Source: Theionarchaea archaeon
GTDB taxonomy: Archaea > Methanobacteriota_B > Thermococci > Methanofastidiosales > SZ-28-30
Assembly: GCA_018992565.1 (NCBI GenBank)
Contig: JACVGW010000011.1
Location: forward strand, 1 to 51,465
DNA: 51,465 bases
Direction: 5' to 3'
Positions 31,041 through 39,663 of this stretch are shown here, in pieces. Made by a program: the position numbers and the translations under genes. Below the pieces are notes generated by a model. The model made no database searches and was not told the origin of the DNA. It saw nothing but the letters and a program-made list of their open reading frames with translations. Each line of letters opens with the position of its first letter. Within the stretch, counting starts at the first letter, position 1.

Positions 31041-31054
31041 GAAAGATTTAAATA
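31041..31054 (+). promoter_or_regulatory. BRE/TATA promoter of the precursor operon
   Basis: GAAAGATTTAAATA; SD GGAGGTGA follows at 31107-31114. Confidence 0.6.
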
Positions 31055-31119
31055 ACATACATCAGAGTCAACGTAATCCGTAACAAAAGGAACACAAATA
31101 CAAAAAGGAGGTGAGACCG

Positions 31120-31245
31120 GTGTATAAGCCCCCAATGATGGTAGACCTCATTTCCCCAGATAAGATGGTTGCCAATACCTGCAGCAACGGTAGCGGAAGT
31201 GACAACAGTTGCTCAAATGGGGATGATGGAGGATTCGTCTATTAG
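31120..31245 (+). CDS. Putative RiPP precursor peptide, 41 aa (MYKPPMMVDLISPDKMVANTCSNGSGSDNSCSNGDDGGFVY), ScmA-like
   Basis: GTG start 5 nt after a perfect GGAGGTGA SD; YxxP leader; two CSNG repeats; directly upstream of PqqD and two rSAM genes; below the ORF-track length cutoff. Confidence 0.85.
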   Translation: MYKPPMMVDLISPDKMVANTCSNGSGSDNSCSNGDDGGFVY

Positions 31246-31265
31246 ATCCAAGTAAGATTCTATCT

Positions 31266-31281
31266 CTATTTTTATTTTTTG
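31266..31281 (+). terminator. Oligo-T tract after the precursor gene (possible partial terminator)
   Basis: CTATTTTTATTTTTTG between the precursor and PqqD genes. Confidence 0.4.
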
Positions 31282-31308
31282 TCAATTCTTCTTGAAATGG
31301 AGATTCCC

Positions 31309-31578
31309 ATGGAACAAGATTATAAACCAAAGAAAGCGGAAAGGCTAATTTCGAGACAGGAAGATGACTCTTTGCTGATATTTGACTCAGATAGTGGATC
31401 CATCAAAGTGCTGAACGAGACAGCAGCTCTTGTGTGGAACACAATTGATGGGAACACGTCTGCACAAGAAATTATCGATGTTGTGTCTGAGAAAAATCCA
31501 GAAGAAAGCAGGGACACTATTGAAAGAGATGTCAAGGCTTTTCTGGAAGATCTTCAGAGCCACCATTTCATCATGTGA
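31309..31578 (+). CDS. PqqD family RiPP recognition element (ScmD-like)
   Basis: REDD.LLIFD..SG....LNETAALVW..IDG....EI...........DV..FLEDL pattern. Confidence 0.92.
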   Translation: MEQDYKPKKAERLISRQEDDSLLIFDSDSGSIKVLNETAALVWNTIDGNTSAQEIIDVVSEKNPEESRDTIERDVKAFLEDLQSHHFIM

Positions 31579-31629
31579 AAAGAAGATTTCTGTTCGGACA
31601 AAACCCTCAGCCACAGGAGATGATTGATT

Positions 31630-32670
31630 ATGAGAGGAATTTTCTGGGAAGTGACTTCCAGATGCAACCTACGATGTATGCACTGCTACTTGCATGAAGA
31701 GCTGACTTCTCTCTCCACAGATCCTTATGAACTGGATACTTTGGAATGCAAGAGATTAATCGACCAATTTGAAGAAGCTGGCGTCTTCTACGTGACTGTT
31801 TTGGGAGGAGAACCCTTCTGCAGACCAGATTTTATTACTATTCTACAGTACTTGGGAGAGAAAAAATTCTGGACTTCGCTTGATACCAACGGCACATTGC
31901 TGGACAAGATGGCCGCAGAAACCCTTGGAGCCATTACTATCAAAAATCTGAATGTCAGCATGGAAGGTCCCCGCCCTGAAATACATGATGCGATTCGCGG
32001 TGCAGGAGCCTACGAAAAGACAATCCGGGGGATAGAGAACCTCACGGAATGTGAGGTGCGGTTTCGCATAGGGATGATTGTCAATAAGATGAACTACCCC
32101 CACGTGGAGGAAATGGCAGAATTCTGCCTGGACATCGGCGCCCAAGATGCTGGATTCTCCTTGTATGTGGATTCCCCTTCAAACAGGTTCTCGTCAATGC
32201 TGCGAATGAATAGACGAGAGATTTTTGCTGCTGCCAGGAAAATAACAGAAGTGAAAGAGAGATTTCCCAAAGGATTTATCAAGAGTGACATTGACGGGAA
32301 CCTCGCATTTCTATCTGCCAATCCAGAAGAATACACCCGAAGTAAGAATCTTATCCCCTGCGGACTGGGAAAAACTCAGGCAACGATTCTCAACAATGGA
32401 GATATTATCCCCTGCACCTACATGCGGACTATAGTCGTTGGAAATGTGAGAGAGATCCATGTTTCAGAGATTGCCCAAACACCACAAATGAGAAAGATGC
32501 GAGAGCTGGGAACCCTTGCTGCTGACACAGCAATTGAGCAGTGTCGCTCCTGTAGGTGGAAGTATTTCTGTGGTGGAGGGTGCAGAGCGCGTTCATACCT
32601 GGAGTATGGGGACCTCGTATCTCCCGATCCTCTCAAGTGTCTGCTGGCTGGAGTTGATGCCTGTGAGTGA
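31630..32670 (+). CDS. Radical SAM/SPASM peptide maturase 1 (ScmE-like)
   Basis: CNLRCMHC, GGEPF, TNGTL; SPASM Cys pattern CGLG...PC...CRSCRWKYFCGGGCRA...C. Confidence 0.92.
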   Translation: MRGIFWEVTSRCNLRCMHCYLHEELTSLSTDPYELDTLECKRLIDQFEEAGVFYVTVLGGEPFCRPDFITILQYLGEKKFWTSLDTNGTLLDKMAAETLGAITIKNLNVSMEGPRPEIHDAIRGAGAYEKTIRGIENLTECEVRFRIGMIVNKMNYPHVEEMAEFCLDIGAQDAGFSLYVDSPSNRFSSMLRMNRREIFAAARKITEVKERFPKGFIKSDIDGNLAFLSANPEEYTRSKNLIPCGLGKTQATILNNGDIIPCTYMRTIVVGNVREIHVSEIAQTPQMRKMRELGTLAADTAIEQCRSCRWKYFCGGGCRARSYLEYGDLVSPDPLKCLLAGVDACE

Positions 32671-33748
32671 GCCACGGCTCAAGACAGTGTATTGGACTGT
32701 CACGCGTGAATGCAACCAGCGCTGCAGTCATTGCTGGATTAGTGCGGGGACAAGAAGGGAAGGTGAGTTGAATACTGAAGAATCCCTGCAGATTTTCAAC
32801 GTTATGGTGGACATGGGATTAGAGCAGGTGAAGTTGACAGGAGGTGAACCCCTTCTCCAATGGAAGAAAATCAATACTGTGATGGAATTTCTCATAGATC
32901 ATGGGGTTCAGCCTCGGATTGAGACTAATGCAACACTGATACAGGATGCCTATGGCGAGGAAATCCTATCATTTCTTGAGAAGAATCACGTACATGTGGC
33001 AGTAAGCCTTGACAGTCACATACCCCAGCAGCACGATCAGTTCAGGGGGATGAAAGGAGGGTTTGAAAAGACTCTTTCTGCATTGACCTCCATGAGAAGC
33101 CATAATATCTCGTTCTCGATTGTCACTGTGCTTCACAGGGAGAACCGTGCGACCATTGACGAGATTGTTGACTTTGTGCGTGAGATCTATCCGCGCCACC
33201 ACCAGATTAACATCATTACTCCTGAAGGAAGAGCAGAGAACAATGACCGATATCAGCTCCCTATAGAGTCGTACGTGGAAGATCTGCCTCTTCTCATAAA
33301 GAAAATCAGGAAAAAAATGGGAGAGAAGGTATCCTTTGCCATTCCGTATGTTTTTGCTCCGTTGAACACACGATTCCTTAACTGCACTGTGGGAAAGGAA
33401 ATCTGCGGCCTGCTGCCAAATGGCGACATTGCCATGTGTGGGGCTGGAATTAATCGAGAAGATCTTGTATTGGGAAATGCACTTCGAGATGATATTGAAG
33501 ATATCTGGCTGCACTCCCCTGTTTTCATGACATTGAGAAGAGGAATCACAAGCCTGAAGGGAGTGTGCAGTAACTGCTGGTTCGCTCAGTACTGCATGGG
33601 TCACTGCAGAGCGTATGCATATTCAGTATATGGCCAGTTGGAAGCTCCGTATCCAATGTGCCAGACAGTGTATGAGCAAGGAGCGTTCCCCGAAAAGTAT
33701 CTGGTGCATCCCGAGCGAGACTGTTCCTATGTTCCCCCAGAAGGATAA
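32657..33748 (+). CDS. Radical SAM/SPASM peptide maturase 2 (ScmF-like)
   Basis: CNQRCSHCWI, LTGGEPLL, IETNA; SPASM MCGAG...GVCSNC....CMGHCRA...C...GAFP; overlaps the end of the upstream rSAM gene. Confidence 0.92.
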   Translation: MPVSEPRLKTVYWTVTRECNQRCSHCWISAGTRREGELNTEESLQIFNVMVDMGLEQVKLTGGEPLLQWKKINTVMEFLIDHGVQPRIETNATLIQDAYGEEILSFLEKNHVHVAVSLDSHIPQQHDQFRGMKGGFEKTLSALTSMRSHNISFSIVTVLHRENRATIDEIVDFVREIYPRHHQINIITPEGRAENNDRYQLPIESYVEDLPLLIKKIRKKMGEKVSFAIPYVFAPLNTRFLNCTVGKEICGLLPNGDIAMCGAGINREDLVLGNALRDDIEDIWLHSPVFMTLRRGITSLKGVCSNCWFAQYCMGHCRAYAYSVYGQLEAPYPMCQTVYEQGAFPEKYLVHPERDCSYVPPEG

Positions 33749-33884
33749 GTGACGATTCAAGACATCTCTCGTCTGGACATGAGATCTGAATAAATCATTC
33801 GATGCATGTGACAATTCCATGGTACCTCTGACAGTGAGGGCCTCAATCACAAACCCTTATAAAAGGTATTCTAGAAGGTGAATC

Positions 33885-34001
33885 ATGGCATTTATTTTTG
33901 GAATGAGTCCAGGTATATTCGCAGCCTGGATTGTGGGACTGATAACTGTGGTATTGGCATTGTTATACCCATTCATGACGAGAGACGAGGAGGGAGACTG
34001 A
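33885..34001 (+). CDS. Small single-TM accessory protein of the sodium:solute symporter (38 aa, MAFIFGMSPGIFAAWIVGLITVVLALLYPFMTRDEEGD)
   Basis: SD AAGGTGA, TATA near 33856, one TM helix, TGATG overlap with the symporter start. Confidence 0.75.
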   Translation: MAFIFGMSPGIFAAWIVGLITVVLALLYPFMTRDEEGD

Positions 34002-35476
34002 TGCAACCTGACCTGGTCCCTGTTGAAAGTTATATAACCATTGCTGTGGGTGTTTTCGTCCTGTATCTTGTCCTGAATATCTTCATTGGATATTATGGGA
34101 GTACGAAAACCAAGACTGCAAAAGACTACTATTTTGCTTCCCACTCTGTTGGCCCCTGGGCTATTGCCCTGGCATACGGTGCTACCTGTTATAGTGCCAC
34201 CTTGATAATAGGGTACGGGGGCCTTTCGTACAAGATAGGAACCTCCATGTTGTGGATCGCAGCCACAAATATTTTGATCATGACCTATCTGGCCTGGGTT
34301 GTCCTGGGGAAAAGAGTTAGAAAGATGCAAGAGAACCTTGAAGCGTATACCGTCATGGAATTGTTGACTAAGAGATATCAGAACAAGAATGTGCGTCCCA
34401 TCCTGGCTTTTATTGTTATGTTTGCTATGATGGCGTACTCTGTGGCTGTCTTGAGTGGAACTGCCCGGTTATTTCAGGTGATTTTCGACATTCAATTCCT
34501 GTATGCGTTGATCATTATCGTGGCTGTTATTGGATTTTACATCACTGTAGGCGGTATCATATCCACTATCTATGCGAATTTTCTCCAGGGAGCTGTCATG
34601 CTTCTGGGAATGGTGATCCTGCTGGCCGGTATTGCATACAAGGTTGGATTTGCATCTGGATTTGAGCAGCTGGCTGCATTGGGAACAGAGTACGTCACAA
34701 TGCCCGGAACAAGTACCTGGTGGTTCTTGATCTCGTTATGTCTGGTGACAAGTCTGATGCCCTGGGGCATGCCCCAGGTAATTTCAATGCTGTACTCAGC
34801 CAAGAATGTGAGGGCAATCAGACTGGCTGTCCCTATTGTGACTGTCTGGTCTTTCATCATCCTATATACTGTTTATACAGCAGGCCCTCTGGCCAGAGTT
34901 GTGTTGGGTCCTGACATGAGTCAGGACGTTGTAATGCCCACCTTGTTTAGGGCAATCCTCCCCGCCATGGGGATTGGGGTTGTTCTGTCCGCAGTGGTGG
35001 CAGCTTCCATGTCAACAGCCTCTGCAACGACCTTGCAGGCTTCTTTTGCCTTATCCAGAGATCTGTTACAGCCTGCTTTTCCGGACAGGATCTCTGATGA
35101 TACGATCCTGAAAGTGTCAAAGAGCACCACCATTCTCATGGTAGCCATTGCATTCGGGCTGTCCTATCTGCGCTTGGGAACAATTGCTGACATTTTCAAC
35201 TTAGGTGCCGCAGCTTCCTGCGCCGCTTTTGTGCCACCCCTGGTATGCGGGCTCTTCTGGAAACGGGGAACCTCAAGAGCGATAATGGCCAGTACTATTA
35301 GTGGGTTCCTCACTGTCATCGTGTGGACAGTCCTTTTTGGACCAGCGGGAGAAGGATTCTACGGTGTCCAGGCTATTATCCCAAGTCAGATTGTGGGTTG
35401 GCTGGTGTTTGTTGTGAGTTCTCTCATAACAGAGCCATTACAGAAGGAACACGTTGAACGTGCCATGAAATTCTGA
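34001..35476 (+). CDS. Sodium:solute symporter family protein (PutP/PanF-like)
   Basis: About 13 TM segments; DYYFA...G, SA..IIG..G, GMPQV, AASMST, WKRGT. Confidence 0.92.
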   Translation: MQPDLVPVESYITIAVGVFVLYLVLNIFIGYYGSTKTKTAKDYYFASHSVGPWAIALAYGATCYSATLIIGYGGLSYKIGTSMLWIAATNILIMTYLAWVVLGKRVRKMQENLEAYTVMELLTKRYQNKNVRPILAFIVMFAMMAYSVAVLSGTARLFQVIFDIQFLYALIIIVAVIGFYITVGGIISTIYANFLQGAVMLLGMVILLAGIAYKVGFASGFEQLAALGTEYVTMPGTSTWWFLISLCLVTSLMPWGMPQVISMLYSAKNVRAIRLAVPIVTVWSFIILYTVYTAGPLARVVLGPDMSQDVVMPTLFRAILPAMGIGVVLSAVVAASMSTASATTLQASFALSRDLLQPAFPDRISDDTILKVSKSTTILMVAIAFGLSYLRLGTIADIFNLGAAASCAAFVPPLVCGLFWKRGTSRAIMASTISGFLTVIVWTVLFGPAGEGFYGVQAIIPSQIVGWLVFVVSSLITEPLQKEHVERAMKF

Positions 35477-35651
35477 ACTCACTTTTCTTTTTATTTTGCA
35501 CATATCATCTTTTTAGCGGGTGTATGACTGAAACGAACAGAGAGGATGGACTCAGAACGTCGGGCCAGCGGGAGACAGTGGGAGCAGCCAGTGTCATCCC
35601 TGGTATGCTACAAGAAATAACCTTATTAAGCCCTCAATAGAGAATGTGGAC

Positions 35652-36530
35652 ATGAAGGTTGTCTTCTTGGGGACTGCTGCTGGTCGCCCGACCAGAGAGC
35701 GCAGCTTACCCTGTATAGCCCTCCAGTTTGAAGGGGAGACTATCCTTTTTGATTGCGGGGAAAATGCACAGAGACAGATGATTTCCGTAGTTTCTCCCTC
35801 CAAAATTGGAAGAATCTTCATATCTCACTTTCATGGTGATCACTACCTGGGGTTAGGGGGATTGCTCCAGACCATGAGTCTCAATAAGCGGGAGACTCCT
35901 CTTTCAATATATGGGCCTCAAGGAACAATTGAGTACCTGAAACACTACTTTGCCTCTGGCCACTTTGGTGTTAGATTTGATATCTCTCTCTTTGAAATGG
36001 GTGAAGCTACCATTGAAGAGGAATTATACTCCATCAGGTCATTCCCTGTGGATCATGGTGTTCCCACCATTGGATTTGTCTTTGAGGAAAAGGAGAAGAG
36101 AGGAAGGTTTCTGGAGAAGAAAGCAAAATCCCTGGGAATCAGGGGTAGACTATTCAGTGATATTGAAGAGAAAGGACAGATAGAAATTGACGGAAGGGTC
36201 ATCACGTTAGAAGAGGTCACAGGACCGCCCAGAAAAGGGAGGAAAGTTGTTTATTCTGCAGACACGCTCCCCTGCCAGAGGGTGGTTGAGATGGCTCATC
36301 ACTGTGACATGCTGATCCATGAGGGGACCTACCTTAATGACGAGGATAGACATGGTACTTACCATACGACTGTAAGTGAAGCCTGCGAGATTGCGAAGAA
36401 AGCCGGGGTGAAAACGCTGGTTCTTACACATGTATCTCAACGCTATGAAGAGGAGGAGATCAAAGAAGAGGCCGAAAAGTGGCTTCCTGGTACTGTGATC
36501 GCCAGAGATCTCATGGAGATTGAAATGTAA
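35652..36530 (+). CDS. rnz: Ribonuclease Z
   Basis: FLGT...PT, FDCGE, SHFHGDH, exosite GPPRKGRK, HEGTY, LTHVSQRY. Confidence 0.95.
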   Translation: MKVVFLGTAAGRPTRERSLPCIALQFEGETILFDCGENAQRQMISVVSPSKIGRIFISHFHGDHYLGLGGLLQTMSLNKRETPLSIYGPQGTIEYLKHYFASGHFGVRFDISLFEMGEATIEEELYSIRSFPVDHGVPTIGFVFEEKEKRGRFLEKKAKSLGIRGRLFSDIEEKGQIEIDGRVITLEEVTGPPRKGRKVVYSADTLPCQRVVEMAHHCDMLIHEGTYLNDEDRHGTYHTTVSEACEIAKKAGVKTLVLTHVSQRYEEEEIKEEAEKWLPGTVIARDLMEIEM

Positions 36531-36724
36531 CGTGTTCTACTAGTACGACATGAGGCACCACTCAGTCTGCCCCATACAGCCGACCAAAAGCTTCCATCGA
36601 TTCAACATATATCTTCCACTTTTTCTATTCGCATGCTCCAGTGTACACTTGTACCCCCAAAAATTCTTATAATAGTACTATTGATTGTAGCACTAAAATA
36701 TGTAGTAGACTACGTGGTGCAGAA

Positions 36725-37069
36725 ATGAAAAAACTGTTGGTCACATCGCCAGTGATTACGGATCTTGCAGCAGCGAAAGACGTGTCTTTCTCTTCAGAAT
36801 CAACCCATGTTGATGAACTGGGTGATGGACGCCGTGTCGACTGCGTTGCAGATCAATTGACAGAGAATCAAAGAGAAGCGTTGACCCAGATGATACAGGA
36901 GCTCTTGGGTAGAGGTGGTACTTGCCAAGAGGTACAAGAAGCAATTCAGTTGTTACCATATATGAGAACAGTGGATTGGCGCAGAGAAATGTCAGGGCAC
37001 ATTAGTATCCAGGAGATGTCAACATTGAGACTGAAGTTTTTTCCAATTTCAACTAATAGATTATGGTGA
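36725..37069 (+). CDS. Hypothetical protein, possibly degenerate
   Basis: Open frame with a helical QLTENQREALTQMIQELL segment; no clear family. Confidence 0.35.
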   Translation: MKKLLVTSPVITDLAAAKDVSFSSESTHVDELGDGRRVDCVADQLTENQREALTQMIQELLGRGGTCQEVQEAIQLLPYMRTVDWRREMSGHISIQEMSTLRLKFFPISTNRLW

Positions 37070-37073
37070 GACT

Positions 37074-37565
37074 ATGAGAAAAGCGCTGATTATTGGATTA
37101 GCAGTCATGGTAGTACTGAGCATGTTGAGTGGATGCATCGGAGACGAATCAGAAACAACGCCTAGTGTTGAAAGCGTGAATTCAGGAGAGTCCAACGAAG
37201 AGATAGGGACAACAACTCCACAGAATCCTCCAGAAGGCTCCCCACAGAATCCTCCAGAAGGCTCCCCACAGAATCCTCCACTTCCAATGAATCTGGAAGA
37301 ACCGACCTCTGAAGAGGAAGAAGAGGCAAAGAGAATTGCATTGGAAGATGAAAGAGTCCAGGATCTAATACAGGGAGGCACCTATGACCTCGAGGCAATT
37401 GGCTGCATGCTTCTTCCCAGTGGTGATAGGACTTGCCTTCTCCGGTTGGAGCTCGAGAATGGAGATACGTACACTATCACGATCAATCTGAGTAGTGGTG
37501 TCGTGATGGATGTGAGAGAAGGTGAAATCCCTCCAGGTAGAGAAGGAGAGAGCGGAAATGGGTAA
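37074..37565 (+). CDS. Putative lipoprotein with a Pro-rich repeat linker
   Basis: Signal peptide with LSGC lipobox; PQNPPEGS repeats; SD GGTGA. Confidence 0.8.
   Translation: MRKALIIGLAVMVVLSMLSGCIGDESETTPSVESVNSGESNEEIGTTTPQNPPEGSPQNPPEGSPQNPPLPMNLEEPTSEEEEEAKRIALEDERVQDLIQGGTYDLEAIGCMLLPSGDRTCLLRLELENGDTYTITINLSSGVVMDVREGEIPPGREGESGNG
37218..37280 (+). repeat. 24-bp tandem repeat, 2.6 copies, in frame
   Basis: CCACAGAATCCTCCAGAAGGCTCC x2 plus CCACAGAATCCTCCA. Confidence 0.95.
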
Positions 37566-37624
37566 ACCATGAGTGGGCGTTTCAATGTTCAAGAGGTGTC
37601 ACAAATGTCTTGAATAAAGACGCG

Positions 37625-37651
37625 GTGGGTGGGCTGAAGAAGCCCACCCAC
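37625..37651. repeat. Perfect 11-bp inverted repeat (hairpin)
   Basis: GTGGGTGGGCT-GAAGA-AGCCCACCCAC. Confidence 0.85.
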
Positions 37652-38119
37652 AGATTGACTAATCCAATGACTAGAATGAATGAAGCGAGATTAGCTTTCT
37701 CAATACTCATTCTTTTTTCCGAGATCATAGTAGTATAGAGGTTTCTGCAGTTTCTAAATAATCTAAGAGACATCTTTAATGAGAGATTCGCTCCTGATCA
37801 GGATTTCAATTTTCAAAAGAAAGATGAAGCCAGTCCCAAGTCGCTGTTTCCCGGACTATAACGGCTAGTAGCCTCGTTCAATTTCCAGCGAACCCGTGAC
37901 ATTGCCCACTCCGTACGACCACAGAGTCCACTATCGATGCAGATTCTGAATTATCCACCGTAAATCGAATGAATTGATATTAGACTAGTGAATTTTCTTA
38001 TGGAACCACAAGTTACACCAGAGTCACATTGTGATCTCGTTGAATGTGCAATGCTTTCTTGCATCAATCTGCTGAAGGAAGCACAAACCATTTAAGCCAC
38101 CTGCTAGATAAATGTGTTC

Positions 38120-38833
38120 ATGAAGCGCACAGCTCTTGCCACACTAATCATTGTTGTAGGATTACTTGTAGCGGTAGCAGGGATTATCCCACTGAGCCGT
38201 CGCGTGATTGTGACAGAAGAGAAGATAATGCAGGTTACAGAATACAGAGAAGAGAACAGAACGAAAGAAGAGATTTACTACGAAGAAACTGTCATTGGAA
38301 CTGAATCCAGAGAAGAAATTCTCCTGCATGAAAGTATTCCTGTGACAAGGGGTTCCACGCTGGGCAGTACCTTCACCCTTACCGCAGGGGATATTGTCAC
38401 AGTAAAGGCCCACTCAGAAGGTGGAAACATGATGCTCTCCTTCACGGGACAGGGAGAAATCTACATGGGATTGGAGGTGGGTGAAGACATTGACCAAGAA
38501 TTCACCATCAAGAAGGATGGCGAGCACTCATTGCTGTATTCTTCTGCAGATGTGACAAAGGATATTGTGATTGACTTCGATGTTATCAGAAAGTATGAAG
38601 AGTCTATCACGGAAGAAGAAGAAAGAACCAGAACAGTAGAATATACGGAGAAAGTGCCGTATCTTGTTGATGTCCCCTATACTGAGCAGACTGCCGGGAA
38701 AGAGACGTATACCCTTGACTACTTGAGATATACAGGGATTGTGATAGTAGTCCTGGGGACAGCCCTGTATATGGCATCCAGAAAGTCCAAAAGGGACACC
38801 GAGCCCGGAAAAGGAGCGAGAAAGAAGAAATGA
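38120..38833 (+). CDS. Membrane protein with N- and C-terminal TM helices
   Basis: Two TM helices flanking a T/E/V-rich beta region; basic tail. Confidence 0.75.
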   Translation: MKRTALATLIIVVGLLVAVAGIIPLSRRVIVTEEKIMQVTEYREENRTKEEIYYEETVIGTESREEILLHESIPVTRGSTLGSTFTLTAGDIVTVKAHSEGGNMMLSFTGQGEIYMGLEVGEDIDQEFTIKKDGEHSLLYSSADVTKDIVIDFDVIRKYEESITEEEERTRTVEYTEKVPYLVDVPYTEQTAGKETYTLDYLRYTGIVIVVLGTALYMASRKSKRDTEPGKGARKKK

Positions 38834-39612
38834 TAAACCTGTCGGGGCTGAGGGACTATCTGGAATCATTTCAAGACCCAGAGGGAAAGATTCGTTCCGA
38901 GAACAGTGTTAAGGCTACTGCTGAGTATGCTCTCGTTTACCGGTTGTACCCTCTTATTGCGGTGGGCAACCCAGAACGAGCAAGAGCCTACCTCAGGAAT
39001 CAACTGCCTCCTCTTGCAGAATATCTCATAAAAAAGGGGTTCTCATCCATGGAGGAAATCTGGCAGGTTGCAGTGGGAATACCAGAGGACACCTTGTTTT
39101 TGATGACACCTGTTCGTGAATTACTCCACAGCCCACTCTCGCCTTCTGTAAAATCAGGGCTGCTCCTGCTCTTGTGTATGCAAGAATGTGGAAGAGATCT
39201 CTCAAAGACTGTACAGGAAATCATCTCATATCAGGAACAGCTCATGAAGATTTCCAGCCTGGATTCCCTTTATGAAACCACACATAATTTGATTACCTTC
39301 TATTTTGCCCAGCAGTATTATCCTGTGAGAAAAATTATTCAGGAGAGCTGTTCATGGCTTGCGGAAAATGCGCTCTCCTCCAGGGAGTGTATCGATGTAG
39401 TGGCAGAAGCTGCAGCTGTTATTTCGCTTTTTGAATATGAGAAAGACAGCAAAGTCAGTGCAATGCTTGATTGGGTATCGAAAAGCCAGAATCCAGATGG
39501 TGGATTCCCTGTATTCGCGAGCGGAAAGTCTGAATTTCACGCTTCGCTGGTATCGCTATGGGCCTTTGCAGGTTGGGATACATCTGGGTGTGCCCAGTCT
39601 CTTGAACCGTGA
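38830..39612 (+). CDS. Prenyltransferase/squalene-cyclase-repeat-like alpha-barrel protein
   Basis: WVSKSQNPDGGF QW-like motif; ATGA overlap with the upstream gene. Confidence 0.6.
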   Translation: MINLSGLRDYLESFQDPEGKIRSENSVKATAEYALVYRLYPLIAVGNPERARAYLRNQLPPLAEYLIKKGFSSMEEIWQVAVGIPEDTLFLMTPVRELLHSPLSPSVKSGLLLLLCMQECGRDLSKTVQEIISYQEQLMKISSLDSLYETTHNLITFYFAQQYYPVRKIIQESCSWLAENALSSRECIDVVAEAAAVISLFEYEKDSKVSAMLDWVSKSQNPDGGFPVFASGKSEFHASLVSLWAFAGWDTSGCAQSLEP

Positions 39613-39663
39613 GTTGTTCTTCAGGTTGCCAATGCTTTTAAAGAACAGGACGTACGATCTCTC

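Noticed and set aside
31148..31330. 60-aa Cys-containing minus-strand ORF as the RiPP precursor
   Set aside because: It is antisense to the operon with no clear SD; the plus-strand 41-aa ORF has an SD, a promoter and a leader motif
31309..33748. PQQ biosynthesis or lasso peptide cluster
   Set aside because: No PqqB/PqqC or ExxxY PqqA peptide, and no lasso cyclase or transglutaminase-like peptidase is visible
37218..37280. CRISPR array
   Set aside because: The repeats are contiguous with no spacers and lie in frame within a coding sequence
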